From the NCBI GenBank assembly GCA_035762645.1, contig DASTOD010000023.1, positions 1 through 53,957 on the forward strand: a DNA stretch of 53,957 nucleotides. The letters run 5' to 3'. The notes under the pieces were generated by a model, which saw only the letters and a list, made by a program, of their open reading frames with translations, was not told where the DNA came from and searched no databases. How positions within the stretch are numbered: position 1 is the first letter of the stretch; each line of letters opens with the position of its first letter. Positions 49,012 through 53,957 of the stretch are shown piece by piece. This DNA is from Candidatus Binatia bacterium (lineage in GTDB: Bacteria; Desulfobacterota; Binatia; UBA9968). The position numbers and the translations under genes are program-made.

Positions 49012-50904
49012 ATGGATGCGCTTCACACCGTTGACTCATCAGCCTCCGGGGCAGGATTACAACCCCTGGATCGTCTATTCGAGGTGGCGAAAAAGAAAAC
49101 GATCATTCAGCTACGCTGGCCGCTCGTCATTCTCTGCTGCTATTTGCTCTTGTATTCCCCCGAAACCTGGTTGACCCCGGCTCAGACGCAGGCCATCCTC
49201 GTCTTTTACCTGCTTACCAACGTTTCGTTGTACCTGATGGCCGACGAGCTATTTGACTCACCCTATTTTTACGGGCCGCTGCTGTTTTTTGACACGGTAT
49301 TTCTGGCTGTCTCGCTGGCGGTGAGCGGTGGCGCCACGCCGGATTTCTATATCGCCTGTTTTTTCACTCTGCTGTTGAGCTGTATATGCAACGATTCGCG
49401 CGGCTTGCTCGTGATTACTTTTGTTTCGCCGCTGCTCTATGGCTATGTCATATTTCAATCCGGCGCGACTCTCGATCCGAGCACGTATCTACGATTGCCT
49501 TTTCCGTTGGTGATCGCGATGTTTTACGGCTACTTTGCGCAGGTCGAGCGCCTCCGGCGAGTCGCTCGGAAGCATGAGGAGGAAGCCAAGCGATACCAGC
49601 GGGCGGCCGACGAGATCAGGCGGCAGCGCCAGCGGCTCGAAGTTCTTCATGAAGTCAACGTTGCAGTGACTTCGACGATCGATACGGTAAAGATCCTAAA
49701 TATTTTTTTGGGAAAAGCCCTGACTCATCTTCCTTACGCGGCGGCGCTTATCCGCTTACGAAATCACGCGAGCCGAACGATGGAAACAGCGGCGCAGAAG
49801 GGACTGGTGAAAAAGGCGCCAGACCCATCAGGCGACCCTTATGCATTTGTCGACAGAGTGATCGACACCAAATCGCCCCTGATCATTCGCAATGCCGCTA
49901 GAGATGGAGGTATGGAAGACGTCAAAGGGTTACACGAAGAGGGCCTGGTTTCGGTCGTGGCAGTACCGTTGATCGCGAACGGGGAGGTCCTGGGAAATTT
50001 GGCTTTTTTGACCCGGGACGAACACGATTTTTCCCCCGAGGAGGTAAGTTTTCTTTCGACTCTGGCCGGGCAGGCGGCGATCGCCGTGCACCATGGGCAG
50101 CTTTTCGATCAGATACGTCAACAAGCGAGCGAGTTGCAAAACGCCAACAAGGTGAAAGACGAATTCTTGGGAGTCGTTTCACACGAGCTCAAAACCCCCC
50201 TCAATGTGATTTCCGGTTACACGAATATGCTGTTGGAGGCGATGCTGGGCGAGCTTAGCCCGATCCAAGAGAAGGCGCTGCAAACCGTCGCGCGACAATC
50301 CAGAGAGCTTCACAGTTTGATCAACTGCGTATTACAGGTAAGCAGCATCGAGGCGGATATGCTCGAGCCGGACATTCACGATGTCAACTTGTGGGAGTTT
50401 ATTTGTGAGTTACGGTCTTCCTACGATTACCCGGTCGACAAAGAGGTAAAGCTCGTTTGGGAAGTCCCCACCGACTTGCCGGCGGTCCGTACCGACCGCG
50501 GAAAACTGAAGCACATCCTCGAGAACCTCGTGAATAACGCGATCAAGTTTACCGACGAGGGCACCGTGACGTTCTCCGCGCGCTACCGGCCGGGGAGAAA
50601 AATGATGGAGTTCAAAGTCTCGGATACGGGGATTGGCATCTCAAAGGATCAATTGGCGACGATCTTTGAACGCTTCCGGCAGGTGGATAGCTCGGATACG
50701 CGGGCCCACGGCGGCGTCGGCTTGGGCCTCTACATCGTGAAGAAGTACACAACGTTATTGGACGGGACCATTCAAGTCGACAGTAAACCCGGAGAGGGTT
50801 CGACGTTCACCTTGCGAATTCCGTGTCAGCTGCAAAAATCCGTTTCCGAACAGCCGCCGCAGCCGATCTCTACCGAAGCCCACACCTCCAACGCCGCTGT
50901 TTGA
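49012..50904 (+). CDS. Sensor histidine kinase: polytopic N-terminal membrane domain, GAF, HisKA and HATPase_c
   Basis: There are 5-6 TM helices in the first roughly 190 aa, then a coiled linker and a GAF-like region (VAVPLIANGEVLGNLAFLTRDEHDFSPEEVSFLSTLAGQAAIAV). The H-box is SHELKTPLN, the N-box LENLVNNAIKF, G1 VSDTGIGI and G2 GGVGLGLYIV. The start is uncertain. Confidence 0.9.
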   Translation: MDALHTVDSSASGAGLQPLDRLFEVAKKKTIIQLRWPLVILCCYLLLYSPETWLTPAQTQAILVFYLLTNVSLYLMADELFDSPYFYGPLLFFDTVFLAVSLAVSGGATPDFYIACFFTLLLSCICNDSRGLLVITFVSPLLYGYVIFQSGATLDPSTYLRLPFPLVIAMFYGYFAQVERLRRVARKHEEEAKRYQRAADEIRRQRQRLEVLHEVNVAVTSTIDTVKILNIFLGKALTHLPYAAALIRLRNHASRTMETAAQKGLVKKAPDPSGDPYAFVDRVIDTKSPLIIRNAARDGGMEDVKGLHEEGLVSVVAVPLIANGEVLGNLAFLTRDEHDFSPEEVSFLSTLAGQAAIAVHHGQLFDQIRQQASELQNANKVKDEFLGVVSHELKTPLNVISGYTNMLLEAMLGELSPIQEKALQTVARQSRELHSLINCVLQVSSIEADMLEPDIHDVNLWEFICELRSSYDYPVDKEVKLVWEVPTDLPAVRTDRGKLKHILENLVNNAIKFTDEGTVTFSARYRPGRKMMEFKVSDTGIGISKDQLATIFERFRQVDSSDTRAHGGVGLGLYIVKKYTTLLDGTIQVDSKPGEGSTFTLRIPCQLQKSVSEQPPQPISTEAHTSNAAV

Positions 50905-50974
50905 GCCGTAAAGCCCCTGGAAAAAAGGCGCGGCTCCAGCGTTGCGCTGCGTGAAGACTTTCCCGCGATCCGTC

Positions 50975-51091
50975 ATGTTCGATTGTGATGGTCACATCAT
51001 TGAATCCATTCCCGAAATGGCGCCGTTTTTGGACCCTGTCGATCGGGAAATCGCGCTGCGGCCTTCGCGCAACCGGCAGGGCGTCTTTGCT
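50975..51091 (+). pseudogene. 5' fragment of an amidohydrolase_2-type gene
   Basis: MFDCDGHIIESIPEMAPFLDPVDREIALRPSRNRQGVF matches the typical N-terminus of PF04909-like amidohydrolases (iDcdgH..e....yl). The similarity ends at the repeat at 51092, and the frame then runs antisense into eutA. Confidence 0.4.
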
Positions 51092-51122
51092 GAACCCGAA
51101 ACACACCCGAGACTCGAAACTG
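51092..51122. repeat. CGAAAC/CGAGAC-word repeat, half element
   Basis: gaacccgaaacacacccgagactcgaaactg closely matches the right arms of 32228-32262 and 35881-35920. Confidence 0.6.
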
Positions 51123-51130
51123 TTTTAACC

Positions 51131-52612
51131 CTACGCCGAGGCGGGGAAAATCAGCGATTTAATCACGACGGGAACGGAACCGGAAGCCTCGATCAAGGAC
51201 CCGATGTCGATGTAATCGAACTCGTTTAGAGCGATACCGTCTATCGAGATGATCGGGTTTGCGATCTTCATCTCTTCCTGGAAGTGAAGACCGATAATTC
51301 CTCCAATGTCCCCATCATTGACGAGCGCAAGCGGATGGCCTTTGGCCAGAATGTCTCTGAGGCCATCCGCCACGCCGGCGCAGAAAGATTGCAGGCGAGC
51401 AAAGGTCGCCGAGCCCTCCCAGTGAAAGGCAAGAGCGACGGGCTGCTTGCCCTGCAGGAGATCCAGTCTTGTCAACGAGCTGAGAATGGACTGTTTGACC
51501 GCGGCCGGATCGATCTCTTCGCCGTCGAGGGAAAGCGCGGGAGCCACCACCGGCACGTTACGTACCGGCACCGCCTCCAGGGGGGTGATAAAGATGGTGT
51601 TGCCACTGACCTGAATCGTATACTGGGAGGCGCCGATCACCGTGGCCCGAATTCTCGCCGCCGGTTCCATCACCAGTATTCCAAACGTTTGAATCCGCCG
51701 GTTGATCTCGTCCGCGAGGTGCGGTCCCAAATCGCCAAAGGTCGTTTTCTCACGCCGGTAAATGAACTCCGACACGCCTCCGGAAAAGGTGATGGCCTCG
51801 ATCTCACCGCGATAGGCAAGGGGCGGCAAGCGTAGAAACGGGCGCGTCCTATCCCCGATCGTTTTGGGGCTGAGCAACTCGAACAACCTGTCGGCCATCG
51901 CCGAGATCATGGGCCGCAACTCATCGAGGGTTCTTTTTTGGCCGAGTTCCAGTACGAGTCCGGCCGACGCGGCGTGCTTGCGCCCCGCCTCCTCGATACG
52001 AACGATGGCGCCGTCGGGATCGAACGCGACGAGCCGCGCTCCCACGTCTATAGCCGTTACTTCCTGGACCTTGCCGCTGTTGCAGACCGCCAACTTGCTC
52101 GTTCCGCCGCCGACGTCGATGTTAAGAACGACGCCGTCGATCTTTGCCGAATGCGCGACCGCTCCGGACCCGTAAGCGGCCATGGTGGCCTCCAGGCCAT
52201 CGCCGGCGCTGACCGCGACAAACCGGCCGGCTTCTTTGGCAAATAGCTCCGCGATCGCGCGCGCATTGCGCCGGCGCACCGCGACACCGGTCAGGATCAA
52301 AGCCCCGGTGTCCACCTCGTCGCGCTTGATGTTAGCTTTTCTGTATTGCTGATTAATGAACGATTCGAGAGTCTCCACGTCGATTCGGGTCTCGTCGACA
52401 TAGGGAGTGAGCAAGATCTCCGACTCGTTTAAGACCTCGCGCCGGGTCACCCGATAGCGCGATCCCTCGAGGGTCAATTCGAGCCGAGAAAAGACCAAGT
52501 GTGATGTCGAGGAGCCGATATCCACGCCCACGCTGGTGAGCTGAAGCTTTTCTTCCTCCTGCATGTGGCGGTTGGCATTAGAAAACGAACCTCGCGTCGG
52601 GGTGCTATTCAT
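51131..52612 (-). CDS. EutA-like reactivating factor (ASKHA-fold ATPase of the ethanolamine ammonia-lyase reactivase family)
   Basis: It aligns by eye with E. coli EutA along the whole length: LTSVGVDIGSSTSHLVFSRLEL, ALILTGVAVRRRNARAI, VAVSAGDGLEATMAAYGSGA, VLNIDVGGGTSKLAV, IRATVIGASQYTIQVSGNTIF and YIDIGSLIEASGSVPVVIKSLIFPA. An AAGGA site lies upstream of ATG 52612. Confidence 0.85.
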   Translation of the reverse strand: MNSTPTRGSFSNANRHMQEEEKLQLTSVGVDIGSSTSHLVFSRLELTLEGSRYRVTRREVLNESEILLTPYVDETRIDVETLESFINQQYRKANIKRDEVDTGALILTGVAVRRRNARAIAELFAKEAGRFVAVSAGDGLEATMAAYGSGAVAHSAKIDGVVLNIDVGGGTSKLAVCNSGKVQEVTAIDVGARLVAFDPDGAIVRIEEAGRKHAASAGLVLELGQKRTLDELRPMISAMADRLFELLSPKTIGDRTRPFLRLPPLAYRGEIEAITFSGGVSEFIYRREKTTFGDLGPHLADEINRRIQTFGILVMEPAARIRATVIGASQYTIQVSGNTIFITPLEAVPVRNVPVVAPALSLDGEEIDPAAVKQSILSSLTRLDLLQGKQPVALAFHWEGSATFARLQSFCAGVADGLRDILAKGHPLALVNDGDIGGIIGLHFQEEMKIANPIISIDGIALNEFDYIDIGSLIEASGSVPVVIKSLIFPASA

Positions 52613-52679
52613 GCAAATCCTTGGTTTGGACGAAAGTCTGCAGGGGCGACCGGCTGGTCGCCCCTATGAGAAACGGCGT

Positions 52680-53876
52680 TTAATAAGATTTCTCGTAGAG
52701 CTCCGGCTCCATGCGGGATTTCGCACCCACGCTCGCGAGCGTCTGCTCGAACTCTTTACGGAGGAATGGGTCTTCCTCATTGTAAGGGATCGCCGTGCCA
52801 CCATCTTTCATGTCGATGGCGCCATAATCGATCGATTTTTCGCCCGGTCGTCCCCGCTCGCGTCCGGGAGCGTTGGGACCGAACCATGCGGTTAGCCGTA
52901 GTGGCTCTTTGCTGGCGCCAAAATGGGCGTGAAACCAGTTGCCGCTCATCGGCGCCGCGCTCACCATGCCGACGGGCTCATAATCCTGCCGTCTAATCAG
53001 GTCGGTTTTGCTGCTTTCCCACGGATGTGTGCCGAGACTGCTGGGCCACGTATACGTGTAGCCCTTACCGCCGAGACAAATCAGCACCGCGGCTGAGCCA
53101 TGAGCGTGGGCTTTGGAATAGCGGCCGGTCTCATGCTGGCCGATCCAACAGTAAAATTGCTGGCCCGCCATATGCGGTTCAATGCGCCGATAACCGGGCG
53201 AGCGCCGATTATCGAGAGGCAACTCGCAGCTCATCACATCGGGAATGATGTTGGTTTGCCGCATCGCGAGGCCGCGCACCGGGTCCGGCGTAACATCTTC
53301 CTTGTATTTGTAATAATCATCCGAGGGATCGAACCGATCCTTGAAGTGATAGGGGCAATTGAAGACGAAATCTTCACTCGCGAACAGGTTCATCACGTTG
53401 GGCGCCGTCGTTCCGGCGAGAAGCAGCGCGGGGCTCGAAGTCGCGTTGACGATGCGGTGCCAAGCATTCATCGGAATGGCAAAGATAGAACCTTTCTGCC
53501 ATTCGAAGGTAAGCTTTTTCGGGTTGCCGTCGGTCCAAACCTCCGTTGTGCCGCGGCCTTCGACGACGAGAAATTGCTCCTCGTACAAGTGTTTTTCGGC
53601 GTTCAGCGCGCCGGCGCCCGGAACTTCAATGATGTAGCAGCCCCACAGTCCCTCGGTGCCGAGCAGCTGGATAAAAGTGCCGTTGCCGCCCATGCGCTTC
53701 CAGGGTTTGCGCGGCAGGTCCTGGACGCGGCGCACGCCGATGTCGCGATAAATGGGTATTCCCTGAGCTTCCATGAAATTGTCATACGGAGTATTGGGCC
53801 GCAGAAACTTGCCAAGCCCGGCCCGCGTCTTCTTGTCTGCCGGTTCCTGCCATGTTGCGGAAGTGGGATGATCCAT
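52680..53876 (-). CDS. Bicupin protein (two cupin barrels; function unknown)
   Basis: The first barrel is AEKHLYEEQFLVVEGRGTTEVW...GSIFAIPMNAWHRIVN. The second is YSKAHAHGSAAVLICLGGKGYTYTW...MSGNWFHAHF, which has an HxH plus a distal H. An AAGGAGG SD precedes ATG 53876. Confidence 0.7.
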   Translation of the reverse strand: MDHPTSATWQEPADKKTRAGLGKFLRPNTPYDNFMEAQGIPIYRDIGVRRVQDLPRKPWKRMGGNGTFIQLLGTEGLWGCYIIEVPGAGALNAEKHLYEEQFLVVEGRGTTEVWTDGNPKKLTFEWQKGSIFAIPMNAWHRIVNATSSPALLLAGTTAPNVMNLFASEDFVFNCPYHFKDRFDPSDDYYKYKEDVTPDPVRGLAMRQTNIIPDVMSCELPLDNRRSPGYRRIEPHMAGQQFYCWIGQHETGRYSKAHAHGSAAVLICLGGKGYTYTWPSSLGTHPWESSKTDLIRRQDYEPVGMVSAAPMSGNWFHAHFGASKEPLRLTAWFGPNAPGRERGRPGEKSIDYGAIDMKDGGTAIPYNEEDPFLRKEFEQTLASVGAKSRMEPELYEKSY

Positions 53877-53957
53877 AAAAAGCCTCCTTGAGGATGATGT
53901 CTTCTAATCGTATCTGCGCCAGGCAAGAGTGTCGCTGCCTAAGTTCAACGGATTGTT

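Noticed and set aside
983-51122. The short-period intergenic repeats (CGAGAC, TATGGC, ACGAAGG and similar words) as possible CRISPR arrays or microsatellites.
   Set aside because: Each locus is a single two-armed hairpin without regularly spaced unique spacers. Unit spacing is irregular. No cas genes are present.

Overview
This is a high-GC bacterial chromosomal segment, judged by eye only. It is gene-dense, with about 51 protein-coding genes and 2 gene remnants. I found no rRNA or tRNA genes, no CRISPR array, and no transposase, integrase or phage genes. I cannot assign taxonomy from sequence alone.

Gene content, in order along the window:
- A MoxR/DUF58/DUF4350/DUF4129 operon.
- A three-gene module of membrane-anchored cell-wall amidase, MamK-like actin and a secreted SH3b protein.
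- Four MFS transporters, two of them close paralogues.
- An operon of ExeA-like AAA+ ATPase, HAMP-only sensor, LysM-tagged solute-binding protein and a small coiled-coil protein.
- A translationally coupled Hsp20-Lon pair, plus CorA.
- cbtB followed by an unusual two-module membrane protein.
- Oxidative and catabolic genes: VOC proteins, aldehyde dehydrogenase, crotonases, a Rieske oxygenase, a bicupin and amidohydrolases.
- GYD-korAB, an ATP-dependent DNA ligase, a GAF histidine kinase, and an orphan EutA-like reactivase.

Most notable results:
1. A DsbA/FrnE-like gene whose redox-active Cys codon is an in-frame TGA, with a SECIS-like hairpin 11 nt downstream. It is a probable selenoprotein that gene callers would truncate.
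2. The amidase/MamK-like/SH3b module.
3. The ExeA/HAMP/SBP-LysM operon.
4. Very rich intergenic repeat content: several hairpin families built from short sub-repeats, and a roughly 220-260 bp MITE-like element present twice.
5. A 559-bp noncoding convergent spacer with long-range helices.

The supplied ORF track starts each ORF at the first ATG/GTG/TTG. I re-picked many starts using Shine-Dalgarno sites, ATGA overlaps and family N-termini. All family calls come from motif recognition by eye, not from searches.
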